Positions 12,537 to 26,621 of a stretch of DNA of 64,000 bases are shown in pieces. The notes under the pieces were generated by a model that made no database searches, was not told the origin of the DNA, and saw only the letters and a list, made by a program, of their open reading frames with translations. A program made the position numbers and the translations under genes. The stretch is from Cenococcum geophilum (lineage: Eukaryota): contig CP158635.1 in assembly GCA_050273025.1 (NCBI GenBank), forward strand, positions 31,620,001-31,684,000, read 5' to 3'. Every line of letters begins with the position of its first letter. Positions within the stretch are counted from its first letter, which is position 1.

Positions 12537-14626
12537 GCCTCTCTATTTTATAAGATATATATATTACATTTCCGTTTATTATACTTAATATTATTAATTC
12601 TTTTAATAAAGTACTCGTTTTTACTATCCACTTTAACTAGTAGGGGAGAGTCTTATATTTATTTAGGTAGGGTATTTAATATAGAAGTAGTAGGGTAGAG
12701 GACTGACATATAAAATATAGGGTAGATTTTAACCGTATTAGTAAGCTTTAGTTAGTAGGTATAAAAGGAAATAACCTTCTTAATCTTATAAGGGCTAGCG
12801 TTCTTTTAATTAAGCTTCTTAGCAGGTTATTTTATATTTAGATTTCTTATATTTAGCTAGATAAAGTTACTAATTTAGTAGGCTAGTACTAGGGTTTATT
12901 TCTTATTTACTACGGCTTTATAAATAGATTAAGTATATATTATTTTATTAGTAAGGAACTATTATAGTTCCTCTATCTTCTTTATAAATTTATTTACTTC
13001 TATAACTTATAAGGCGTAATAAGTAAGGCGAGGAATATTACTAAAGGGTTTAAAACCTATTTATATATAAGGTGAGAATATAGATAGGGAGTCCAATAAT
13101 AGAATAATAGGTATATTATATAGACAGAGATAAATCCTTAAGGGAAAAAGGAGAAGTCTGTGTATAAGGTAGAAAGGGATTTCCCTAGGTACGTGTAGAG
13201 CACGTGCCTTATAGGCAAGTCACCCCTAGGTCGCCCTAGGGTCGCCTATACCTTACACTTATATAATTATCTACTTAGGTTTTACCTAATAATGCCCCCC
13301 CCCTTTAAAAAGGGTTGTCCCTAATCCTTTATATACTTAAGCCTCAATAAAACCCCATAAGAAACCTTAGTAAGGAAAAAATTTAAAGGGGAAAGAGCGT
13401 TTTAATTTTGCGTATAGAGAGACGGGTAGTATATATACGCGGCGTAAAGATATTAAGGAACTTCGGCCGGCGGTTAAAGTTATCTAATTAGTTAGATTTG
13501 CCTTACTAAGACTTCCTTATATTTAACCGAGCTAGTAGCAATTTTATATACCCGGTATAGAAAATCTTAATTAGTCTATTTAATAGGTAGAGCTAGTAGA
13601 GCTTAATACCGTCGCCTAAATTTAGTAGACTAGAAATATTCTAAAAGCTTATTTATATAGGTAGGTCGCTAGTACCTCGTAGGTTAGTTATAGGTTATTC
13701 GCATATAGCTAGATTTATAAACAGTAAGGCTATATACCTATTAAATCCGCTACTAACCCTGCTTTAGCCTTACGCTATACCGGTATAGCGCCGTATATAC
13801 TTCGTGGGTAGGTTATAGGTTATTTATATACAGCCAGATTAGGATAGTAAGGCTATATACCTATTAAACCCGCCACTAACCTATGTTTTAGCCTTATGCG
13901 TTATCTATATAGTATATACGTAGAATAATATATAAGTTATCGGTATAGGTTACTACTGGTAAATTACTAGTAGGTTATAAACCCTAGTTAAATAAACCCT
14001 AGTTATAGACGGGCCTATTCTCTAATATATAAACAATCTGCTTAGCTAGTATAGAGTGACGGATTAAGTCTAGGAAGGGTGCTTTTTAAATTAAGGTTGT
14101 AGTTCTTATAGCAATTATTACTTATTCTTTAATTCCTTAGGACGTCCTCTGCTCCGCTTTAATATAGGTTATATTTTAATAGCAGTACTTACTTTTCGCC
14201 TACGCTTCGGCTATAAGGCTAGGGTGTCCCGCTTATAGTACTTATCTAGTAATTCTTAATAATTCTTAAGTTCTATCTTATATTTTTATTTATTATACTT
14301 ATTTAACCATCCTAGCTATTTAATAAGGTACTATAGTTGTCTAGCATAATCCTAGTAGGTAATAATTACTTTTACTTCCTAGCTGCCTTTCTTAAGCTCT
14401 TTTACTACTAGGGGTTAAAACCTAGGGCGTAACCTATAAGGCTCTAGTAGGGAGATATAAAAGACTAGGTGGAGCTGTGCTATAGTAGGTAAAAGCTCTA
14501 GCTTATATACTTTCTACCCTACGCGCTCTAGGATCTAAAACGGTCCTATAAACTTATAGTTAAGCTTTTTATAGGGACGTTTCGTGCGGATATTCTTAGA
14601 GGAAAGTAGGACTCGTTTACTACGTC

Positions 14627-14853
14627 AGGAAAAAATTTACTAGCATCTAATTTTACTTTTCTGCCATTTTAGCATTTTCTAGCACTTCTAGCATTTTCTA
14701 GCATTTAGCAGCTAAATGCGGCATTTATTACTAAGTACTAGCATTTAGCGCCAAATGCCACATTTATAATTAAGTATTAGCATTTAGCTGCTAAATGCTA
14801 GAAAATGCTAAAATAGCAGAAAAGTAAAAATTAGATGCTAGTAATTTTTTCCT
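14627..14853. repeat. ~230-bp imperfect foldback palindrome at the left end of the TIR element
   Basis: aggaaaaaatttactagcatctaattttacttttctgccattttagcattttctagc... is mirrored by ...gctagaaaatgctaaaatagcagaaaagtaaaaattagatgctagtaattttttcct. Confidence 0.85.
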
Positions 14854-15240
14854 AAAGTTCTATATAAAGTTTAAAGTTCTGCATGAAGTTCCGCACGAAG
14901 CTCTACATAAAGCTCTGCATAAAGTTCTACATAAAGTTCTACACGAGGCTCTATACGAAGCTCTACACGAGGCTCTATACAAAGTTCTACACGAGGCTCT
15001 GCACGAAGTTCTACACGAAGCTCTGCACGAAGTTCTACACGAAGCTCTGCACGAAGCTCTGCACGAAGCTCTACACGAAGCTCTGCACGAAGCTCTGCAC
15101 GAAGCTCTTATACAAAGCCTCTACACAAGGCTCTATATAAAGCTCTGCGTACAGAGGCTCTGCATAAGGCTCTGCGCGAAGCTCTGCGTACGGAGGCTTT
15201 ACACGAAGCTCTGCGTACGGAGGCTCTACACGAAGCTCCG
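14854..15240. repeat. 12-bp minisatellite (consensus GAAGCTCTGCAC)
   Basis: Roughly 30 degenerate tandem copies read directly. Confidence 0.9.
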
Positions 15241-15380
15241 CATCGGGTCCCCGCTATATTCCCGATAGCTCTACACGTGCCTCTGCCAAGTATACCCCCT
15301 ATATACACCTAGGTAGCCACCTCATTTTTTACCCTTCCTTACATCCTCCCTACCTAGGAAGATACCAGAACGACAGCCAG

Positions 15381-15600
15381 CAGACGACCGTCGCCGGAGC
15401 TAGACGACCGTCAGAGCCAGACGACCGTCGTCAGAGCTAGACAACCGTCGCCGGAGCCAGATGACCGTCGCCAGAGCTGGACGATCGTCGTCAGAGCTGG
15501 ACGACCGCCGTCAGAGCTGGACGACCGTCGCCGGAGCCAGATGACCGTCGCCAGAGCTAGACGACCGTCGTCATCGCCACACAACCGTCGCCAGAGCCAC
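15381..15600. repeat. 20-bp minisatellite (consensus ACGACCGTCGCCAGAGCTAG)
   Basis: About 10 copies with 20-nt periodicity. Confidence 0.9.
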
Positions 15601-15674
15601 ACGACAACCGTTTAAACGACCAGCTAGCGAACACGATAAACGATTCAATCGATCGATCGAATTAAGGTGACATA

Positions 15675-15727
15675 GACAGGTAGGCACAGACAGGTAGGCA
15701 CAGATAGGTAGGTATAGACGGGTAGGT

Positions 15728-15764
<37 letters not shown>

Positions 15765-15971
15765 TAGGTAGGTAGGTAGGTAGGTAGGCAGGCAGGCAGG
15801 TAGGTAGGTAGGTAGGTAGGCAGGCAGGCAGGCAGGCAGGTAGGCAGGCAGGTAGGTAGGCAGGCAGGTAGGCAGGCAGGCAGGTAGGTAGGTTAGTAGG
15901 TAGGCAGGCAGGCAGGCAGGTAGGTAGATCGGTAGGTAGGCAGGTAGGTAGGTTAGTAGGTAGGTAGGTAG
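15675..15971. repeat. Compound tetranucleotide microsatellite (CAGA/TAGG/CAGG)n
   Basis: Direct reading. Confidence 0.95.
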
Positions 15972-16080
15972 AAGAGAACCGTTGCTATATTATATTAAAT
16001 TATCTAAAATAATATAATTTATTTTACATCAACTACATAGGAAGAGTAATACTTATTTATTGCTTAAAGTAAGCAAGATA

Positions 16081-16190
16081 TATAGAATGCGCGAGAAGGG
16101 TATTATGTACAGAATGCGCGAGAAGGGCATTATGTATAGAATGCGTAAGGAGGGCATTATATATAGAATGCGCAAGGAGGGCATTATATA
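16081..16190. repeat. 27-bp tandem repeat, ~4 copies
   Basis: agaatgcg recurs at 16084, 16111, 16138, 16165. Confidence 0.85.
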
Positions 16191-16230
16191 TTAATTGCGC
16201 ATCAAGTGTAAAATGCGTAATTAGCTACAC

Positions 16231-16570
16231 TATATTGTTAAATACAGCAGTATACCGCACTATATTATTAAATACAGCAGTATACCGCACTGCATTATTA
16301 AATACAGCAGTATACCGCACTGTATTGTTAAATATAGCAGTATACCGCACTATATTATTAAATATAGCAGTATACCGCACTGCATTATTAAATACAGCAG
16401 TATGCCGCACTGCATTATTGAATATAGCAGTATGCCGCACTATATTATTAAATACAGCAGTACGCAGCAGTATACCGCACTGCATTGTTAAATGCAGCAG
16501 TATGCCGCACTGTATTATTAAATGCAGCAGTATACCGCACTGCATTATTGAATGCAGCAGTATGCCGCAC
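16231..16570. repeat. 30-bp tandem array, 11 copies (de-RIPed consensus TGCATTGTTGAATGCAGCAGTATGCCGCAC)
   Basis: 30-nt register; one unit (16441-16480) has an extra 10 nt; units differ by C/T and G/A transitions. Confidence 0.95.
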
Positions 16571-19500
16571 CTTAGTCGATACTATACACTACACGTTATA
16601 GTGCGCAAAATGCGCATTTGGCCGCCAAATGCTGCCAAATGCTGCAAAAATGCTGGTAAATTTTTTCCTAACGTAACGGCGAAGTGCTTAGCTAGGTGGT
16701 AACGATTATAGTATTTTACCTAAAGCTTTTAGGCGTATATTAACGACGCCGCCGCTACCTTACGTATAAGGTGTAGGCGTTATAGATATATCTCTGCGAG
16801 TTGTATATTTATTAACTTAAACCCCTCCCTACTTTACTAGGCGTCTTAGACGCTATTTAAGACTCTATCTAAGACGTTTAGTAGCTAGCTATAAGCGAGC
16901 TTAATAGGGGAATGCTTTATTATGGCATAGACCTTAGAGTTATAGGTAAAGGCTACTTCTTTAAGTAGGGAGGCCTAATTAGACTATTCCTAGTTTGTAA
17001 ATATACGTAGGTATACCTTAAGCTTTTAGTTCTAACGCTCTATTTAACTATCTATCTGCGGATAGAATATAATGCTAAGTTTACGTTAAACGCGGAGATA
17101 GTAACATATAGTGCTTTAGTACTCGCTTGTAAATATACTACCCCTATTAAAAACAATATTATCTAGGGGCCTTATTTATATAAAGACTCTAAATAAGAGT
17201 TCTGCGAGTTGCGTAGTATTAATTATCTTACGTACTAGATAGTAGCGTACTAGCTTTATAAAACGGTCTATAAAAATAAGGATAGAGTTATACTCTATAC
17301 TATTAAGAGTCTTAAACTCTAGGAGATCCGTAATAAAGTTAAGTAAATAATACCGCTAGGCTTAAGTAGGGGCCTAGAAAGGCTATAGCTTACTATAAGG
17401 TTTATAGCGGCGCAATTTAGAGCATTAATAGGTATTATAATTATCTAGGTATTTACGGAGGTCTTAGGTAAGGCCGTTCTAAGCGTACTTTCGCGTAATT
17501 ACCTTAAAGGTATAGTTAAAACCATAGTGGCCGCCCATAAGATCGTCATAATTCCGCTTAATGATCTCCTATTATAGTAATATACAATTCGGCACCTAGA
17601 CCTTATTATTTTGCCTTAGGAGTCCTTTATTATTAAGGGTATAGTCCTTATTACTAGTAGGAACTTATTCCTAGGTTAACTAATTATATATAAAGCGTGT
17701 AAAGGCGTCCCTTTTTTATACTTTATAAATAAAATTAACCAGTGACTTAGGAGGGTGTTCCGTAAACGCCGTTTTAGCTAAAGCAGTTACTACTACCTCT
17801 TACTATAGCACAAGACTCTATATAAAGTTAATGCTAGTAAAGTAATATATAATATATAGGTAACTCGCCAGGTTATTACGGGGGACCGTAGCCTAGGTTA
17901 AGGGGTCTTCCCTAGGGTTAAGCGCCATTAGGCCAGTTAAAGTAGTTTTAAAGAGAATAGTAGGACGCTCTGGTCCGCCGGCGCTAAGTTTATAAGAGTT
18001 ACTCGTATACTACACGCATACTACTTACTAGTGTAGTATAGTAGCACCAAGACCGCCTATAAGGCCTATAACCCGCAACTTTTACTATAATATAGGCAGT
18101 ATAGCATTAAGGATTATTCTCTTACTGCTATCTTTAAAGCCTTTAGTATAATCTAGGCGCCGGGATAGTATATTAGCAGGATTTATCTTACTTAGCTTAT
18201 ATTTAATCTTAAAATTAAACTTAACTAGTTCCTTAACGTACTGGGCCTAGTAAGTAAATAAGCTCTTAGTAGTTATAAAGTACCTAAGATTATTATAATT
18301 ATAGAGCACGCGCGTTATATACGCGGCGTATTTAAGGTAATAGCGCCATATCTTAAAGCATTATACTATAGCGAGTAGTTCTTTGTTATGCATATTATAC
18401 TATACTTTTAGGCTAGTAAGCTTCTAACTATAATAGGCGATTAGGTACTAGTGGAGTTAATCTTCTTACCCTAAAGGCTGTAGAAGTATACCGCTATAGG
18501 TATAGTTAGAAGCGTTAATAATTACTATTAGGGGTAAATTAGGGTTAAAGTAGCAAAGTAAAGAAGCCTATATAAACGTAGCGCGTAGCTTACAGAACGC
18601 CTATTACGCGTCATTAGGCCAGGACCAGGGTTAATACCATTTAGTAGGCCCTTTTAACTTACGCTTCTTCTTCTTCTCCCTATCTAATATTAGGTCGCAA
18701 TATACCTATATAAGAGATATATATATAGGGGGTATACGGTATCTAAGTAGTTCTAGATAAATCGCCTATAGAAGTTGGCAAAGCTAAGGAAAACCTAGAT
18801 ATCCCTATAGGACTTAGGCTTAGGCCATTCCTTAATAGCTTTTACGTAGTTAGGGTCTATTATAATACCCCTAGGAGTAATAATAAAGCCTAGGAACTTA
18901 ACGTTCTTAGTATAAAAGATATATTTTAATAGTTTAGCATATAGGCCCTAAGCGCGGAGCTGTCGCAGTACCTGCTTAACGTGCTTAACGTACTTATCCT
19001 TATTATTTAAGTAGATAAGAATATTATCTAAGTAAACTATGTAGATAGTATCTACTAGGGTTTCTAGAGCTTTATAAATATAGCTCTAAAAAGTTATAGG
19101 GGTGTTAGTAAGACTAAAGGGCATTACTAGGTACTTAAAGTAACCGTAGCGTGTCTTAAATACGGTCTTCTATTTATCTCCCTTTTTAATATAAATTTTA
19201 TAGTACGCATTATAAAGATCTAGCTTTATAAATATCTTTACATAGCTAAGCCTATTAAAGAGTTCGCCAACTAGCAGTAGGGGGTACCGATTTTTGATTA
19301 TAATCTTATTTAGGCGTCTGTAGTTAACGTATAGCCGTATTATACCGTCTGCTTTTAGTATAAAGAGGATAGGCGCTCTAATAGGCGACTTGCTAGGCCT
19401 AATCTAGCCCTTTTTAAGAGCACTGTTTAGGTACTCTTATAAGATCTATAACTCTTTCTATAAGAGGTTATAGAGGGCATTTATAGTAGCGTCTTGCCTT

Positions 19501-21956
19501 CTTCTAAGTTAATTATATAGTTATACTTAGAGTTCTACAATAGCATACTTACTAGCTTATTAGAGAAGATATTAATTTCCTCCTTATATATATCTAGTAG
19601 GCTAGGGGCTACGGAGGTTAAAGCGATTATTACGTGGTAGTGTACTTCCAGGAGCTAGTAGAGAGAAAGGTACAGCCGATATACGTTTTATAGGTATACT
19701 CGCACTAAGAGTATATATAGCTCTGCTATAGTATACTTAATAGTTTTAGGGTTTTAATTACCTCCCCCTTACATATAGGTGATCTACGCTAGCACTAGAG
19801 GGTCTTTACGGGTACTCGCTACTAGTAACGGCAGGTCCTTTACTATATTTATAATCGGTATCTCTACGTCCGGAGGGTCTATATAGGTACTCGCTGCTAG
19901 TAACAATAAATCCTCTATTATATTTATAACCGGCGTAAAGAAGGAGTCTTCTAGCTATAGCAAATAGACTATTTTGCTAGCCTTAATGTCTGCTAAAAGA
20001 GCGTTAAGGGTGATTATTTAAAGGCGTTTAGGGTCTAAAGTACCCTGAATAAACTGTTTAAAACGGAAGCTAATTAATAGATCTGCTTCCACGAGCCAAT
20101 CCTATCTAAGAACTATATTATAACCATTAAATAAGCCGCCCTAAAAGGTCTGCGGGCTAATAGTGCAAGAGGTACCCTAGAAGTCGCTAGTAGTAACCGT
20201 TAAATTATAAGTATTCTAGATTATTATCTGGTTACTATTAACGAAATGTATAATAGGTTTACGTAAACATAGCGCGTAGCGTATAGGTAGGTTAAATTTA
20301 TAAATAACATCTTAATTAATAAGGTTAATTTGGCACCTATTATTATATAAAGCACGTAGGCGGACTTTACCCTAGGGCGTATCTATTACAACGTATACTA
20401 TAATACGTTTCTTCTCTCCCTCTATATTAGGCCCTAGTTATAGTTAAAAGAGATATACTACTAGGGCTTTAGGTTTTCCAAAGGCCAAGCTAACTTCTCT
20501 TTATTAACCTACTTCTAGTATTCCTTATAGTGGCCGCCTGCGGTCCTTTAACTTGCCTACGTAGCACTAGCGTCTAGGGGGTCCCCTAAGCCATCTGGCT
20601 TTTAGGTAGTCTCCCTAGAAGTTTACTTAAAAAAGCGTCGCCCTTTTTAGGTTCTATTTCCTAAGCCTAAGTCTATAAAGCCTATACTGCGACCGCGCTT
20701 TATACGCGATAATTTGCCGCTACTACTTACGCGATCTTCCGCAAGCTTTATAGTATTAAGTAATTACTCTATATAGCGGATTTTATTAAAGAGGTCTTTA
20801 GCGGTTCTTACCCGTTAGGCGAAGTTCTAGTAAAAAAGCTCTACTTATAGGTAGGCTAGGAGATATAAGAACTAAAAGTCTACCTGTTATTTAGGATTAA
20901 TAAAAGGGGTATATAAGAAGAGGTCCTTTAAGCTATATATATAGGCTAGGAAGACGTTAAACCTCTAGTTCTCCTTTATAACAGCCGTATAGTACATTAT
21001 AGCGTTATTAAAGCGTCTTACTATAGGGTTCCTAATCTGGTCTTAAACCATAGTCTTAAATTCGTCCTATAGTAAAGGACCCTTATCCTTAGTACCTAAC
21101 CGGTAATAAACTAATTAGGTGATTATCTTCTCTTTTATAAAACCTTTAATGGCCTAGCGCGTGCGTCGCTTACAGTCGTAGTTAGCATTATTAACCTTAA
21201 ATCGGTTCTTAACTGCGGCGATCTACTAGTCGAAATGCTATTAAGTAGTACCGCTAATATTAGGTGGTAACTTCTTAACTAGGGCGTTAAGATTTATTCG
21301 GCGTATACGTTCGCCATATAACTTATACTCTTTACTAAAGAGGCGATAGGAGGGCTTTATTAAATTAATAATGCTCTATAAGTTGGCTATTTTCTTAGCT
21401 AGCTTATCTAGCTCCTTTATATTAGCGGTATTAGGTAGGACGCTAGTAACCTTACTAAGCTCCTATTAAGCCTAGGTATATAAGTTAAACTAGTCTTTAG
21501 CGTTTATAGATATCTAATTGTTTTAGGATTTAGGAAATGGCTTAAATGCTACTAATATGCTTCTAGCGGTTTCGTCTGCACTAGATCCTAAGGCGTTTTA
21601 CAGTTATATCGCTAGCGTATTACCGTTAAGTATAGGCATCAGTTTTCTTTTCGGAGGCATTATAAAAAAATCAAACCGGCTATCCTCCTAAGGGGATTGG
21701 TAAGGATTTAAATATAAGGTAAGGATATAGATAGGGAGTCCAATAATAGAATAATAGGTATATTATATAGATAGAGACGAATCCTTAAGGGAAAAAGGAG
21801 GAGTCTGTATATAAGGTAGGAAGGGTTTTCTCTAGGCACGTGTAGAGCATGTGCCTTACGGGCGAGTCACCCCTAGGTCGCCCTAGGGTCGCCTATACCT
21901 TACACCTATATAACTATCTACTTAGGTTTTACCTAATATTATAAATACTAGCTATA

Positions 21957-22205
21957 TATTACGGAAGTAGGTACGAGCTGGAATACAATATACTAAACGG
22001 GGTAGTAATTAAAGAAGGCTACGTACGCGTAACTATGCGTGGTTAATATAAAGACATTTAGATGCAGAATAGAAATAGAATAGGTTAGGTACGGGTATAA
22101 ATAGGGGTTATAGGGGAACGTGCGTAGGTGTTTCGGGACGAATATAAGTATGGGTTAAGAACGTCAAAACGCGCAGGGACGTAAGAACGTATAAGTCCCG
22201 TAATA
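21957..22205. mobile_element. Solo LTR inserted in the inverted integrase of element A
   Basis: tattacgg...cccgtaata ends (RIPed TG...CA), TSD ctata; partly similar (reverse complement) to the solo LTR at 40785-40981. Confidence 0.8.
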
Positions 22206-25200
22206 CTATAGTTAGCTAGGAATAGAGAGACCTTTATAGTTTCTAAAATAGAATTATTTATATTAAACTTAGCAAATATAAGCCAGTTAATCCAGTTATT
22301 TTATAAGTATAACGTATATATCCAAATATACTATTCTATTATAGCATTTATACGTTCCGTTTAACCATCTATTTTTAGGTAGTATATTATGGATAATAGT
22401 GCTTTAACACGGAGTTAGGTAGTTATTTTTTTTAAAATATAGAAATAAACTAGCTGCCTCTATCGGAGATAATTATTTTAGGGAGTCTATGGAGTTTCTA
22501 TATATAATTTAGGAATAGTTAGGCGATAGTAGGTATTAATATATTAGGGTAGGCGATTAAGTATTTTATCCTAAATAGTTAGTCTATAACTACTATAATA
22601 TTTATATAGCTCTTACTTATAGGGAGGTTAACAATAAAGTTAATTAAGATATTCTTTTATCTTTAGTCTAAAATAGGTAGTGGCTTTAGAAGGCCGTTAT
22701 ACGTCTTATATAAAGCTTTAGCTTATTAGTAGATATAGTAGCTAAAGATATACCTTTATATTATATTATATATATTTAACCAGTAATACTTTCCCGTTTT
22801 CCTACCTTTCCTCCTTATATAACGTTTTAACCTCCTTATATAATTTATATACATAGCTTAATAATATCTACCTCGCTATATATTATCGCCGCTTATACTT
22901 ACTTCGTAACACTCTATATGCTACCCTATAGCGAAAACGTTTAAAAGCCCACTTCTCTTTTTATTCGCGTTAAAAATTTTAACGCCTCTTAAAATAAGGT
23001 TGTGGCTTATGCGGGTCGACCACCTCCCTATAAGCGTAGGTGAGGCGTTACTATACCGGACCTAATAGACGCCCGCCTTTAGTCTAAGCAACATTTTACA
23101 TTAAATAGTAAAAGCCTAATCTTGTTCGTCTCCCATTAAATATAGATGTAAAGAATATAAGGCGGAAGTGTCAATCTAGGTCGGATTTTAAATCGGTTTT
23201 CCTTACTATTGTCTTCAAGTTACTACTATCTCGGTCTACGACTTGGTCGACGACTTAGTTACTAATGTAGTCTATTACCCCTTCTTCCTTATATATATAT
23301 AGAGGCTATAAAGTTACATTTAATAGACAGAGTTTATATTCTTTTCTTATAATCGGTACACGGACTACTAATTAATAGTTATAAGCCCGGGTGATTTGCC
23401 ATATTGCACCTTAATTTAATTAATCGTATCCCTTATTAAATACTTCGTTCGTTTTCGCAAGCACCTCTTAATATAACCTCTTAAACTACCCAAGCTGTTA
23501 CTATAACGGTAATATTATTAAGCTAAGCTGATTGGGACGAATAGATTAACCTTATTAGGCTTTAAGCCCAAATAGGAGACGTATAGAAATACGTTAACCC
23601 CTTAACCAAAAAGGATAAGTTGCCCTAATTAATTAAACTAGTCTTTCCTGGGCCTTAAGATATGACGCTAGAAATAACCTCCTATATAGCTCTCTCTAAG
23701 AGTAACAAGGACGAGCTTTAAATTCTCCATAAGAGGTATAAGATAGTAGAGAAGGAATATAAAAAGTAGAAGGTAGCTTTAACCTCCCTATAAAGCTATA
23801 TCACTAGTATAGTAGCTAGGAACCTTAATACCTATATACTAGGTATTGACTTAGTATATAACACCCTAGTAGCTCTTAAAGAGAGGGTTGCCCCTACTAA
23901 TATAGCATATAAGCTATACCTATCTACTTAATATGCGAAGGTTAAAAAGGGCCTAAAGAATCAGAACTTTAAGGCCTAGCTATAGCAGTAGGAGAAGACA
24001 TATAACGACTATAAGAAGATTAAATTGCTAGATATATATAGCAACTATACAATTAGAGATTTTTTACTAGCGGTAGAGCTGGTATTACCAAATTAGAACT
24101 TAATATAGAGGGTTAAATTTAATAAACACGACTAGGCTAGTAACAAAATAATATCTATACATTGGCTAGTTAAAATATACCGGAACTATTAACGAATAGA
24201 GACTGCCTAGAAGAGAAGAGATTAGCTTAGTGCTAATACGGTAAGCTTCTAGGGCGAGTTAATTAACAGAGCTTATAAAGACGAGGCTCCTAAGGATAAG
24301 ACTTTTAGAACTATACCGTCCAAGATATTATAAAAGAAAGACGCCCTAACGTACTACTACAGAGCTATTTACTTGTTTCCGGAGTATCTGTATATTAACA
24401 AATCGGTTTAATTAAAGGACTGGAAATTAGATAAAGCCACGGCTATAAAAGTTGAGGAAAGGATTATAAGCGCATTAGATTGGATTAAGTTAAAATTAAG
24501 AAGATAAGGAAGGAGGCTTTAGGCAAGGAAGGTCTATAAAAAAAAGCTATATAAAGCCCAGACGGAAGTTAAAAGGAAGATAATAGTACCTTTGCCGTAT
24601 ACTAAATAGGCGCCTATAAAGCAGGCACTAATTACAAGCTACGCGATAGTATAATTCTTAATAACGGAACTACTATACACATTATTAACGATCAATCGAG
24701 GTTTGTCGACGAGCTTTAACTAAGCAATAACTTTATATATGCTGGAACGGGTATAGATCCAATTAAAGGTATAGGGACGGCAGTAATTACTATCTAGACG
24801 CCATTAGGCCCTAGGAAGATCTTCTTAGCTAACGCAGTATATATATTAGCTTTTTATATAAATTTAGCCTACTTAAAGAAGTTTAATTAGAAGAACGTAT
24901 AATAGGATAATAAGAAGAACATACTATATAATAAAGACGATTATAAGACATTCGCCTATTATAAGTACCATTATAATCAATTAACCCTTAAGTATAATAA
25001 GCTAAAAGCCTTATTTATAATCCAATCGTAAGACCCCCTTCCTAATTAGGAAGTAGCTGGAAGGCTTTAATATAAGAGACTAGGTTATACAGAACCCAAT
25101 ATAATTAAGTATTTACCCTAGGAGGTAGGTAGTGCAAAGCTTCGAGAACTAGCGACAATTAACTGTAATACCTATGCTGTTAGCAAGGCTTATAAAATTA

Positions 25201-26621
25201 TATTAAGAAGAGCACCTACTAATAAGGCAATAAGGCCCTTCTACTAAGTATATATTAACTTATTCCTAGATATTATAGCGTATAATAGTCACATCTAGAC
25301 GATATATTTCTATAATAAATTTCTATAAATAAACGAGGTGGAGACCTTTACCTAAAAGTCGTTATTAACACAAGCAATTATACGATATTTAAATAGGGTA
25401 AAGCGCCGATATAATTAGAAGATTATGGTTATCTAAGTTAATAGCAAGACCTCCCTTAGTAGCAACTTCTATAGTTAGACGAACTAAGAAGGAATTATAA
25501 TAGAGTAATTGGCTCTATATACAAAGTCTTAGAAAGGTTTTACTGAACATTTTAGGGGGGTAATTATTATTAAGTCTTGTTATATGCGAATTAAAGCTTA
25601 ATTACTAGAAGAGCTCTAGCTAGAGATTATTAAGGCTATAGCGTATTTAATTAATCAGACACCAAACGCCCAGCTTAGATAAATAACACCTTTTAAAAAG
25701 CTTTAGTTAGTACTAGGGCTATTACTATTAAAGCCAAATATAGCTTATCTACGTGTATACGGCTATAGAGCTTACCTACTTAAATATAACCTCCCGCATA
25801 CTTAAAAGCTTAAGCTAAGAGCTTATATTAGATACCTAGTTCGGTACTAGTTAATAAATATTTTTAGGGTCTATATACCTAGTAAAAAGAAGGTAATATA
25901 AATAAGAGACGTAATATTTAATAAGTAGTTAGTTTATAACAATAGCTAGCCAGATCTTACAAATCTACTCCATAAACGCGCTAATTAAATTTTAGAGGTA
26001 ATTAATATATTATATATTAATAAGACGCTTTAGGAAGAACTTAATAAGACGTTAGATAAGGACAATAAGACTTTAGATAAGATTTAAGTAAATAACGGTA
26101 GAAATTAATAGGTTGATTCTAGTAGAAATTAAGACTAAGCAACTAATTAAGATAATAACGTAGTAAGCTTATAAACCTTAAAGGACGATTTCTTACCTAC
26201 CCTAGATAAGACGCTAGAACCTTAATTAATTCCTACTAAAGGATCCTTAAGCTCCTTAACTCCCTCTACCTATTAATGACCGTATTATAAATATATACTT
26301 ATAGAGGATAACTTATAGGATAAAGACGGCGTAGCTGTTAAGGAAGACAATATTATAAAAAGTAAATAACTAAGGAGGCTACCTAAACGATATATGGCTC
26401 ATTTAACTTACCTTAAGAAAGTAGATAGCTTTAAAGCACTTTAAGTAGCCTTCTATATAAACCTAAAATATTATAGGAAAATCTATCGCGATAAGCTACT
26501 ACCTCTGCCTAAGAACTAAAAGGAGCTTATAAAATACTAGTATAGGGAAGAGTTCCTTACTGCCGCTATAAAAGAATATACGGACCTAAATGGTCGTGGA
26601 ATATTTAAGGTTATAGATAAG

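Larger units (their letters stand above)
14623..16673. mobile_element. Non-autonomous TIR element with TA TSD (Tc1/mariner-type ends), filled with tandem repeats, inserted in element C
   Basis: TA|cgtcaggaaaaaatttactagca ... tgctggtaaattttttcctaacg|TA; no transposase inside. Confidence 0.85.
13066..21938 (-). mobile_element. Gypsy chromovirus C, full length, RIP-degenerate (3' LTR 13066-13291, 5' LTR 21713-21938)
   Basis: 226-bp LTR pair, TSD ttata; reverse-complement PPT (atgcccccccc) after 13291; RT YLDD-like ~19020-19040, RNase H and integrase motifs on minus strand. Confidence 0.93.
956..22911 (+). mobile_element. Gypsy element A (RIP-degenerate): 5' LTR 956-1356, gag-pol to ~5973, 3' part inverted (5974-22790), remainder of 3' LTR 22791-22911
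   Basis: TSD ctcta at 951-955 and 22912-22916; RT YIDD-like motif ~4800, RNase H NYEIYDKELLAI ~5350, integrase His motif ~5910-5970; rest of integrase and chromodomain on the minus strand at 21939-22790, 12537-13065, 6234-6345. Confidence 0.85.

Noticed and set aside
16231..16570. CRISPR-like array of 30-bp palindromic repeats
   Set aside because: Units are head-to-tail with no unique spacers, there are no cas genes, and the context is eukaryotic.
14883..16702. Repetitive ORFs (85, 66, 63, 106 and 155 aa)
   Set aside because: They are translations of minisatellites that happen to lack stops.
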